Assembly (NCBI GenBank): GCA_951406725.2
Contig: OX597821.1
Location: forward strand, 102,320,001-102,444,000
Source of the DNA: Octopus vulgaris
Taxonomy: Eukaryota
Direction of reading: 5' to 3'
DNA length: 124,000 bases
Shown here: positions 80,701 through 92,439 of the stretch, one piece after another
Numbering within the stretch: the stretch's first letter is position 1
Layout of the letters: each line of letters opens with the position of its first letter
The notes under the pieces: generated by a model
Databases searched by the model: none
What the model was told of the DNA's origin: nothing
What the model saw: the letters and a program-made list of their open reading frames with translations, nothing else
Translations under genes and position numbers: made by a program

Positions 80701-81706
80701 CTGTTGAAAAAGAAAATAAATTGTTATTTATTTAATTGGTATTAATTAACCCAACACTCCACAAAAAAAAAAAAGAAAAATAAATACACAAGCCAGAGAT
80801 AGAAAATGGCAAAGTGATGAGGTAAGCTGAGCTTCAATCAAAGTTTTAAGAGGAGTTAAGGTAAGAGACAAACTTATAGTTGTTAGAATTACCATATTTA
80901 CTTATGCTTAAGTTGCACTGTTTTATATATAATTTTAACTGAAAATTTGGAGTGGTGGCACGTAAAAGCACCCACTACACTCTTGGAGTGGTTGGTGTTA
81001 GGAAGGGAATCCAGCTGTAGAAACTCTGCCAGATCAAGATTGGAGCCTGGTGCAGCCATCCGGTTCACCAGTCCTCAGTCAAATCGTCCAGCCCATGCGA
81101 GCATGGAAAGCGGATGTTAACTGATGATGACTTATACCAGGGGTAAAGCTACAACTGTGAAAGGAAAAAATTCGGTACAAAGACTTAACACTAAAGTAGG
81201 AGTGCGAGTAATACATTATTCTATTTTCTATTGCAAGTCCCCTCCAAATACCCAATCAATTGAAAACACTTTAGCATGGCTGGATTCAGCCAGACATTTT
81301 TCTCCCTTTATTGTGTTTGCAACTTGAAGCATAATTTACACTCATTCTGTTGTTGTTTTAGGAAACTGCAGATAAAAACAAATAAACGATAAAATATACC
81401 ATGGCATGTTCTGCTGAAGCTTGTGTTTTTCTATCATCTCACTTGCACTACAGCATTACTACACCCTACTGTTACACATTCAGTGAGGAATGCTCTCTTC
81501 ATTTCTTCCCAGCATTTATGCATTGTCTGCATTCAATGCTCTCGTTCTATTAATGTATGCACAGGCATGGCTGTGTGATGCAGGTCACTTTGCAACCACA
81601 TGGGTTTCAGGCTCAGTTCCATTATAGTGGCACCTTGAGCAAGTGTCTTCCACTATTGCTAATAACATAATAGAACATTATAGCACAAAAGCATAACTTG
81701 TATTTA

Positions 81707-81760
<54 letters not shown>

Positions 81761-82594
81761 TTTCACTCCTAAGACAGAAGGAATGTTCTTGAGCCTTCCT
81801 GGCACATCCAGTTTTTCAAAGAATTTCTTATTCCAAATGACTTGGAGAGCATGAAGCAAGTGAGCTATATATTGACAGAAGAAATTCTAACAGAATAGAT
81901 GAACTTGTGACTTTGAAATAAATGAGTGGCAGATGTAAAGGAACACATACATTATTTAATAAACACGAGATATAAATGTAAGTTGCTATAAGTTTCCTGC
82001 TCTGCTGTACAGCAATCAGACATGTTTGACTGACTATTGTACTATTGGAGCTTTCATGAGTCAGAGAGAACTTGTTGAGACAGATTTTCTATGCCCAGAT
82101 GCCCTTCCTGTCAACAATCTTCACCTGTTTCCAAGTAAAAATAATACTTCCCCACAGTTAGACATGTTTTCAACAGAAGAGAAGAAAGAAACAACCTCAC
82201 TCGTATAACAATAATGCTCTTTTACGATTATCACATGATGTCTAAACAAAGGCATATACTAACACACACACACATGATGGGTTACTTTCAGTTTCCCTCA
82301 ATCAAACCCACTCACAAGGCTTTGGTTGACCTGGGGCTATAATAGAAGACACTTGACCAAAATGCCGTGCAGTGCGACTGACCGCAAGGCCGTATGGTTG
82401 GGAAGCAAGCTTCTCAAGCACACAGTCACACCTGCAAACACACACACACACACACACACTTTTAATAATATTTAGCAGAAGTAACTGAGTGACTCAAAGT
82501 CTGAGAGTTTCATGCACTGGCATTTAAGTGCCAATGCATGAAACTCTCAGACGTTTTGTCATTTTGTCACTTCTGCTAAATATTAATAAAAATA

Positions 82595-82885
82595 TTCAGA
82601 GTGTAAGCGCCCTGAGAGAACAGTTGGACATATGAAGCATCAGATGTGGTGTGCTAGAGAGACGACTACGTTGGTAGGGTCATGTGTTGTGTATGGATGA
82701 GGATAGCTGTGTGAAGAAGTGTCGCACCCTAACAGTGGAGGGAACTTGTGGAAGAGGTAGACCCAGGAGGACAGGAGGTGAAGTGATGGAGCACGATCTT
82801 CGAATATTGGGCTTCACAGAAGCAATGACAAGCGACCGAGACCTTTGGAGATATGCTATAGTTTAGAAGACCGGGCAAACCAAGT
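82595..82885 (+). mobile_element. RTE LINE 3' fragment
   Basis: RERRLRW.GHVLCMDEDSCVKKC..GRGRPRRT..DRDLWR; a shorter relative lies at about 113700-113840. Confidence 0.85.
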
Positions 82886-83376
82886 CAGCTTGTAGCCGTG
82901 ATTGATGCCAGTGTCACATAACTGGCCTGTTTAAAAGTATCCTTCAATTGTTGGGGCAATATGTTATACTTGAGAAGACCTGCTGAGTCAAGTGAAATCG
83001 TGGTCATGGCCAATGCCAATGCTAGTGGCACATAAAAAACACTATTTGAGCGTGGTCAATGCCAGTGCTGCTTGACTGGCCCCTGTGTCGGTGGCATGTA
83101 AAAAGCACCATTTGAGCATGGTTGATGCTAGTGCTGCCTAACTCGCCCCCATAAAAAGCACCCACTACACTCAGTGGTTGGCTTAGGAAGGGCATCCAGC
83201 TTTAGAAACCTTGCCAGATCAGACTGGAGCCTGGTTCAGCCTCCTGGCTCGCCAGCCCTCGGTCAAACTGCCCAACCCATGTCAGCATGGAAAGTGGACG
83301 TTAAACGATAATGATGATGATACATACTCATATTTTGAGTTCTATTTTCCCTGTTTGCACCAACATACATACATAC

Positions 83377-83430
<54 letters not shown>

Positions 83431-84050
83431 GTACAAATCCCATACCCAGTCCACGCTGTAAAAATACACAACACCAAAGTGAGAAGGTTTTCTTTGTGTA
83501 AGATGACATGGACCATGACAACTTGTCCAACTCATGAAAGCATGAAAGAAAAAAAAAACCTACTGATATAATATGACAATGATTAATGACAATATCTATG
83601 AGTAAAGATTTTTCATAATATAAACACATGCTTGCACACATCAACAAACTTGAGCATCGCTACACACAAAATACAGACAATGCATTTTAGATGTAAGTTA
83701 TCTCAAAATGAATTACAATAGTTTATTTAGCCATTTGTAATTTTCAGTTTTATTGTACTGGTTTACAACAAGTGTTAGGTGAATGACACAATTAATCAGC
83801 TTATGGAGAAATTGAAACAGACAGGACATTGATCTTTCATCAGAGGCAGTCATTTTTCTTGGTAACTTTACAGCTTATAAAAAGAGCCAACACAGATGCC
83901 TACTTACAGATCCAGATTGAAAATATAAATAAACAATTTCAGTATTTTTACCTGCTAAAGAATGAAAATATATATATATATATATATATAGTCTGCTGAA
84001 ATGATTCGAAAACACAACACCTAATAACCTAATGATATAGCTTTACTACT

Positions 84051-84131
84051 GCTCTGATGAGATTTTGCCTAATATAATGATTTAATTATTGCTATTTAAC
84101 CTTTTAGGCTTAATTGAAACAGCTGTAAGAG
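84051..84131 (+). ncRNA. Type I hammerhead-ribozyme-like motif with a canonical core
   Basis: gct-CTGATGA, extended stem II (GATT..GCCTAA/TTAGGC..AATT), GAAA, palindromic stem III ACAG/CTGT, cleavage triplet GTA, then AGAG. The 3' half recurs at 114791-114810. Confidence 0.65.
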
Positions 84132-85639
84132 AATATGTTGGATTTTTGCAGATAATGAATTATATTAATGCTACAACTCCATTTTCTCAAGATAATTCTC
84201 CTAAATAAAGAAGACAAGACTGAGAATAATGAAGAATGTGAGGGAGAGCCTGCATTAACACATGTTTATAGATTGCTGAACCAATGAGAGGGGCGGCTGG
84301 TGCCATTGAGTGAGCCACTATACAACAAACAGAAATAACAGCTCAATCAGTCTTAAAAGCTAACCTGCTATTTCAGTTGCTAATATATAAAATGAAAGAA
84401 TGGTCTCAGCTGGAACATCATTGTATGTCAGAGATGATCTGAAGCTAAACACTATATTTAATGGTTCTACATGTCCAAGGGCCAAATCCTGTGAGCAACC
84501 ACAACCTGTGATTAAAACTGATACAAAAGACTGCGCTGAGTTGCTGTGTGGTAAGAAGCTTACTTCCCAATCATATGGTTACAGGTTCAGTCCCACTGTG
84601 AGGAACTTTGGGCAAGTGTCTTCTACAATAACCTTGGGCCAATGAAAGTCTTGTGAGTGGATTTTGTAGACGGAAAGTGAAAAGAAGCCTGTTGTATATA
84701 TATTTGTGTATGGATGTGTGTGTGTGTTTATGTTTGTGCCCAACTGCTGTTTGACAATTAATATTGGTGAGTTTATGTACCCATAACTTAGCAGTTCAGT
84801 AAAGGGGTCTGATAGAATAAGTACCAGGTTTAAAAAAATAAAATTAAACACTGGAATTGATTCATTCAACTAAAATTCTTTAAGGTGGTGCCTCAGCATG
84901 GCCACAATCTAGTGACTAAAACAAGTAAAAGAGTAAAATGAAATAACAAAGCTAAATACTAGACACGTACATGGGGAGGACTTAAATAAAATATCACAAA
85001 TCAGGATGCTTAATAAAGACTCCTTAATATAAGAGAGATAAGGGACAGCCAGGAAACAATGTTAAGTGAAAATCTTGGAGGCAAACTGATAGATAAAGAC
85101 ACCTGAGGCATAAACTACAACTAGAATTAGAAAAGACAAGCTCATTAAGGAACCTCTAATGGTCACATGACCTCCTAGAAATAGCAGTCAAATCTCCTTT
85201 AAATTACAGCCTATTGTCTTAAAACAAAAAGAGGAGAAAGGACACTGAATAAGATAATCTTTACAAGGAAAGTGGAGATTGATGGTCATGGCTGGAACAC
85301 ATCATTATCATCGTTTAACGTCCGCTTTCCATGCTAGCATGTGTTGGACGATTTTGACTGAGGGCTGGCGAACCAGATGGCTGCACCAGGCTTCAATCTT
85401 GATTTGGCAGAGTTTCTACAGCTGGAACACATTTCATTATAATATGTCTACTTAATCTGGGCTGACCTAAGGCTAAGCAATTACAGCACAACCAATTATA
85501 ATCTCTCGAGTCTTGCATGCATTATCCTGGCCTCTTCAAATGCTAGATACGATAGAGCTGTTATCACTGATAACAGCTATATTGTATCTAGAGGGATTTG
85601 TTCATCACAGCAATTAATTAATGCATCACACTGCAAGTG

Positions 85640-86060
85640 AGGCAATGAATTTCGTATGAAGGCGAACAAAAGTGTGGAGTGGAGTGAAAGCATTTGAAGA
85701 GGCCAGGATAATGCATGCAAGACTCAAGAGAGATTTAAAGAAGAATGTTACGATCAAGAAGGTGAATCACCATGACCTTTTTGTGTGCACAGTTTGTGAC
85801 AGACCATGCCTTTCTTTTGCTGGGCTCAAATCTCGTTTGCGAACCCATGGAAAATGAACCTCCACCAGCTATTCTGCCTATATGCCTGTGCACACCTTTC
85901 AATGCAATGTATGCCAGAAGGTTTGCAAATCTAACAGGCCTCAAAAGACATTTTAAGATCCACAAATATCAGAACTTATCTGCAGCTCTTGGTGGTCCAA
86001 ATGGATATGCAATCTATGCAGATGTCTTTTCAAAACATTGCCTGGTTTAAAAAGCCACAT
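85640..86060 (+). mobile_element. RTE-type LINE 3' fragment with two C2H2 zinc-finger remnants
   Basis: WSGVKAFEEAR...FVCTVCDRPCLSFAGLKSRLRTH and FQCNVCQKVCKS..GLKRHFKIH, with frameshifts. Confidence 0.75.
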
Positions 86061-87738
86061 CAGATGCCATAATGGTTCTAAGGTGTAGGTACATGAGGTG
86101 GCCAAACTCTGCATGAAGAGTAGACAACCACCATATATATATACATACATGAGTATGTGTGTGTGTATATATATAAATAAATATACACACATATATCTAT
86201 ATATATACACACACACACACATGTATGTGTACACATATATAGGTATTTTGGTGGAAACACGAAACATAGAACTCAAAATATGAGTATATGTATATTTATA
86301 TTAATATTTAGCAGAAGCAACAGAGACACTCAAAGGGTGAGAGTTTTTCGCGGTCGCACCTCAGACCTTGAGTCTCACTGCATGGCACCTTGGGCAAGTG
86401 TCTTCTGCTATAGCCTCAGGCTGACCAAAGCCTTGTGAGTGGATTTGGTAGATTGAAACTGAAAGAAACCCGTCGTATATATGTGTGTGTGTGTTTGTCC
86501 CCCTTACCATTGCCTGACAACTGATGCTGGTGTCTTTATGTCCCCATAACTTAGAATAAGTACTAGGCTTACAAAGAATAAGTCCTGGGGTTGATTTGCT
86601 TGACTAAAGATGGTGCTCCAGTCAAATGACTAAAACAAGTAAAAAAATAAAAGAATAAATATATAATTTTGGTATCGAATAAATTTAAGCATCTAGGTCA
86701 CAATCACAATAGTTTGGTTGTCCCAACTATACATCTTTTATTGATATTTTATAATATTATAAATATGCAGTCATACATAATGTATGATATTATACCATAA
86801 TTATTGCTGGTATACTTATTGTATTGTATACAAGAGTTGCCAAATTACAAATAACAGCAATATTAGAAGACAGGTTAGGTAAATGTTACTTTTTGATGTC
86901 GTTTGTTCAGTTCTAGGTTGGTTTTGTTCTTAATGCAGCTGGTACCTCCCCCCGGAGGGGGGGGGGCATGTCAATGGGGGACATTGAGGTAACACAATTG
87001 CATTGTGCATGATAAAACCAGTAATGGTTATTAAAATAAAATGAGATCTCATCAGGCACAGGGAAGTCATTAATTAGCAATGCATAAAATAATTTACAAT
87101 TTTTGTCTCTATTAAATTTTTCTCCATTTCACTGTTAAAAGCTATACAATCCATTTTTAGAGTAAAATTTATAAATTATTATCCATGTTAGTTGTTGATA
87201 CCTCACTATCTACTTAGGTGGGCACGAGGCATAACAACTACTTAAAGGGAGAGGGGGCAATACAAAAAAGTAAAAGAAAAAAGGCATAGGAGCAGCTGTG
87301 TGGCAAGTAGCTTGCTTACCAACCATATGTTGTCAACTTGTATTAGCTATTTAAGTAGGAGATTTTTATTCCACTAGACTTTGAAAGTATAATACTACAA
87401 GGACTGTACACAAGACATAGTCAGATGCTCTTCCAAGTGCCAACCTTTAGTTGTTATATGCCTGAAGTGCAGAGTATTTGTTCGCTGAATTAAACAATGG
87501 TTTTTGCTTAGATGGTTCCAAATGATGACACACTAGGTTGATATTTATGCTATGTTTCTCTCTCCCTCACTCAGCTAGCTTCCTTACACCTATAAAATAA
87601 ACTCCAAGGCATTGGTTGGCCTGGAGATAAAGCAGATGACATTAGCCCAATGTGCCACACAGTGGGACTGAACCTGAAATCATGTGGTTGCAAAGTGAAT
87701 TTCAGAACCACCAAAGACACATTATGTGTGTGTGCATG

Positions 87739-87775
<37 letters not shown>

Positions 87776-87887
87776 ATTGAAAAATAGGATAAAATCTTTA
87801 TAAGAATTTATAAAGTAGTTAGCGTGAAAAATCTCATATGGGAAAAATCCATCAATTATTCCTCTTAAATATATTTTTTTATATTAA

Positions 87888-87998
87888 GGGCTTTACTATA
87901 CATAAATGCCTCACGCTAGGAGGGACTCTTACAGTCCTATAGTAGTTTTGACTGTAAGAGTCCCTCCTAGTGTGAGGTATTTATGTATAGTAATGCCC
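87888..87998. mobile_element. Fully palindromic MITE flanked by TTAA (Kolobok-like ends)
   Basis: TTAA|GGGC...GCCC|TTAA with arms of about 49 bp (3 differences) and a 13-nt loop. Confidence 0.75.
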
Positions 87999-88153
87999 TT
88001 AATATATATATAGTTCAAAGACAATGACAGGTGTAGGAGCAACAAGCAAGTGTATTAGTTCTACCAATTGAAAAGAATTTATGTGTGTGTATATATAAAT
88101 ACATATATACACATATATGTATTGCTCATTAATTTGTTTTATGTCTATATATA

Positions 88154-88388
88154 CAGGGTGGTCCAAAAGTAGGCTTACAGTTATTCAACTATCTCTTTTG
88201 CATTCGTATATAAACACTTTAGATCTTAATTATAACAAAATATGAAACCATTATTCTATGCTAATTTAGTTAATTTTGTCAAGCTCCCTTTTCAGTTTGT
88301 AAGATAGAAATTTAAATGTAATAAAATGTTTTAAAAGAAATTTAAAGTGCCTACATGATAACTGTAAACCTACTTTTGGGCCACCCTG
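88154..88388. mobile_element. Tc1/mariner-type MITE
   Basis: TIR cagggtggtccaaaagtagg.ttacagtt on both ends with TA/TG flanks. Confidence 0.8.
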
Positions 88389-91360
88389 TGTGTGTATGTG
88401 TGTGCATATATATATATATATGGTATTAAAAGGGAAAACTATCGTGGCAGATACGGTATTATCTCACAAAATGGTATAGCTGCCGGCTATTCACAATGGT
88501 CCAATTACATAGCGCTCAAGCTTAAAAGAGATGCTAGTACTGGTAGTTCCGTGTTGGTTAGTTCCAGGTTCCTATTCATAACTGCAAATATTTTTTGGAG
88601 TATGTAATTGATAACGAAGAGGAGAGTGGAGATTTATTCACATCCAAAATGTTTTCTGCAATATATATAACACCCAACTACATGTATTTTGACTGCAGTG
88701 ACTGCACATTGCTGTCATGAGTGATGGACCCTTAATGAAAATGCAGTGACTAAGATGCATAATGGCAGTCGAAACATATGTAGGTCAGTGTTATATATGC
88801 TGTAGAAACCTTTTTAATAAAAAATTTGGGGATGGAAATAAATCTCTCTCTTCTTCATTATCAATTATATATATACACATGTGTGTGTGTATATATATAT
88901 ATATATAAATAATATATAAATATATACACAAATACATACATATATGTACCTACCTACATCTATATGTATATATACATGCATATATGGGTACAAGACACCA
89001 AAAAAAACGTTGAACAAAATGAGAAACGAAAACATGGAAATGAACTATTTTTCAAACAACAAAAGAACAGAGTACAAGACGTACAACACAAAGAATATTC
89101 CCCTTCTTCAGTTGTCCGTGTTTTGTCTACTCTGCGTTTCGAAGGTAAGGACAAGACGCGACCTTGTTGAAACAGTCCTTCCCGCAAAGCAAATTAAATA
89201 AAATTTGGGATTTTTGTGGAGGGGTAAAAGTGGTAACAAGAACAGGGCAGTAAGAACAAAACAACATATATCATCATTATCATCCTTTAATGTCCATTTT
89301 CCATGCTGGCATGGGTTGCATATATGCATGAACATGAACACACACACACAAGGCCAAGCTAACATTGAAGCTTGATGCAGTCCTCCAGCTTGCTGGGCCC
89401 TGTCAAACCATCCAATCCATTGCACTGGAGTGTATTTGATTTTGCACACACACACATTGTGTGTGGTTGCGTATTTACATATACACAATCCACATAGACA
89501 GAAAATATGCTTCATTCAATAACAATATATCTAAGACTTCCGAGAGAATATATACAGTCCAGGTTTCATAAACCATTTAAGTAGCAAGACTAAGTATTAT
89601 TTTCTGGTTTATACAGTGAAATAGTATCTAATAACACTTACATTAACACCATCCATTCACATGTGTAAAATGTATGAAGTTTGAATGATTCTCTCCACCT
89701 CCCATCATGGGATCAAATTATTATATTTTTCTTATTAGCAAAGCAATCTCAAGGCCAGCAGTTTCTAACATTTCTGCGATTTAGTCATGTACAGCATAAG
89801 ATATGTGATACACTTATTGATAAACAGTACCAAATGGGATACTTGACTTTTAGCATTATTTGAACCAATGGGCCTCAACTGAGGTCCGTAAAAGATTTTG
89901 TGGTGGGGTTGACGCAATAAAATATTAAATTGGGGCCCTACAATGGTATTTTAAAGACCCCTAAAAAATTTTTTCTTTAGATGTATTCATTGGTATGTAT
90001 TGCAAGAAACAGCCAAATTTCTTTCTCTAACATTTTACATAGTTCAACCTGTACAAGTTAATGTGTGAAAATTAAAACAGGAATTTTGAAAGAAGTTTAT
90101 ATAAGACTAATTTTTAAATACTGAATGACTATGGGGGGGGGGGGGTCCACCAGAATAATATAGTAACCAAAAGGGGTCCATAGATAAAAAAAATGGTTGA
90201 GAACCCCTGATTTAAATCAATCATATCAGGCATCAATAGTCTCCCTGTTTTATCCCTGCAAACCAGCAAGATCTGACCTCCCACACCTACCCTTCAGTAT
90301 CATTTTGAAAATAAGCAGTCCCATTGTTGAAATCTGAAAATTACAAGATAATGCATGATAAATGGAAAACTGTGTGAATAAAAAAGTGTTATACTTGACA
90401 GAGTAATCTGAATACTAAAGAGTTAAAAGTTAAAAACTCATGCTATCTTAGTTGGAAATCACTTCCCTGTATGGTTGTACAATGAACTAGAATTAGCATC
90501 CAAAGTTACCTCATGTGATGCTCTGATTTAAAGAAGAGATGTTCATGGTTTGAAAGCCTTTGTTCATATGCCTGCTAAATTCAGGGAAATGACATATACA
90601 TACACAAGCATTCAAGCATGTCTACATATACACACACACTCATAGTTCCACAAGTAAGTTTACATGTATATGCGCACACACACACATTCTTTTATTATGT
90701 TACTTGTCTCAGTCATTTGACTGCAGCCATGCTGGAGCACTGCCTTGTAAGGTTTCGTTTAGACGAATAGACCAACCCCAGGATTTATTTTGTCGGCCTT
90801 ATTTTGCTGAATTACTAAGTTATGGGGATGTAAACACACCAATGTCAGTTGTTAAGCAGTGGTGGTAGACACACACGCACGATGGACTTCTTTCAGTTTC
90901 TGCCTACCAAATCCACTTACAAGACTTTTGTTGGCCTGAGGCCATAGTAGAAGACACTGACCCGGGGTGCCACAGTGGGACTGAACTTGTGCCTATATAT
91001 CTATATCTATATATATATATATATATATATATAGGCAGGCATATACATATTTATATGTGTTTGTGTATGTATGTCTCTAGTGGCTCAACCTGTTAGAAAC
91101 AGGAACTAAACCGCATTCAAATCACATCTAAGCGCCTAAAAAAAGGGAAGGGCACATTAAATGCGATAGTATTAGTATATGTGAAAAGAGCGGATAGTTA
91201 AAACTGGAGTGCCTTTAATCTTAAGAGCTTGCTCAGTGAGGGAGTGTTTTGTTTTTATTCCACTACGTCAAGGGTGCAGAACTATGGGAATGTAAACAGC
91301 TGACAACATTATTTTTCACTCAAACCATCTCATACACAAAGCACAAATGACAACTTTAAT

Positions 91361-91430
<70 letters not shown>

Positions 91431-92149
91431 GTAGGAGTGGCTGTGTGGTGAGTAGCTTGCTTATGAACCACATGGTTCTGGGTTCAGTCCCACTGTGTGG
91501 CACCTTGGGCAAGTGTCTTCTACTATAGCCTTGGGCCGACCAAAGCCTTCTGAGTGGATTTGGTAGACGGAAATTTAAAAAAAGCCTGTCGTATATGTAT
91601 ATATATATATGTGTGTGTATATGTTTGTCCCCCCAACATTGCTTGACAACCAATGCTGGTGTGTTTACGTCCCCGTAACTTAGTGGTTCGGCAAAAGAGA
91701 CTGATAGAATAAGTACTAGGCTTACAAAGAATAAGTCCTGGGGTCGATTTGCTCGACTAAAGGTGGTGCTCCAGCATGGCCACAGTCAAATGACTGAAGC
91801 AAGTAACAGAGAATATATATATATATCATCATCATTTAAATGTCCATGCTGGTATGGGTTGGATGGTTTGACAGGGTTTCTATGAGTGGATGCCCTCCCT
91901 AGCACCAACCACTTTACAGAGTGTGCTGAGAGCTTTTATGTGTGCCTTACTTGGTGCTGCATGTGCATTTTTATGTGGCACTGCACAGGTGCTTCTATGT
92001 GATGCCGCATGGGTCTTCTTGAGTATAGCAAGGCACCATGTATCTCAGTCCTTTGTCATCTCACTTAAAAGGTTCAGCTCCTTGAGGTCATTCTTCAGTA
92101 CTTGCATATATCATCATCGTTTAACGTCCGCTTTCCATGCTAGCATGGG

Positions 92150-92188
<39 letters not shown>

Positions 92189-92191
<3 letters not shown>

Positions 92192-92370
92192 AGAGTTTAC
92201 GAAAAACAAAAGACGAAGACAGGTGGTGTACAAAACAAACAGATGTATTAGTATAACGCTCAGGAATAGAAAAAGTCTTTTAGGTTTCGAGCCTATGCTC
92301 TTCTACAGAAAGGGACACAGAAAAAACAAGGAGAAAAAAATGTGTGTAGTGGCTAACAACCTATCATGAT
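92189..92370 (-). mobile_element. Solo Penelope-type terminal repeat with a hammerhead-like motif
   Basis: Homologous to 61900-62080 and embedded in (TA)n. More decayed copies lie at about 68930-69060 and 88010-88080. Confidence 0.75.
92277..92313 (-). ncRNA. Hammerhead-like motif with a variant core (CUGUAGA)
   Basis: CCTTT-CTGTAGA-A-GAGC(atag)GCTC-GAAA-CC-TA-AAAG. Confidence 0.55.

Positions 92371-92439
<69 letters not shown>

Noticed and set aside
84180-84450. GTSLYVRDDLK, resembling a LINE endonuclease motif
   Set aside because: A single short motif with many stops nearby; insufficient to call.
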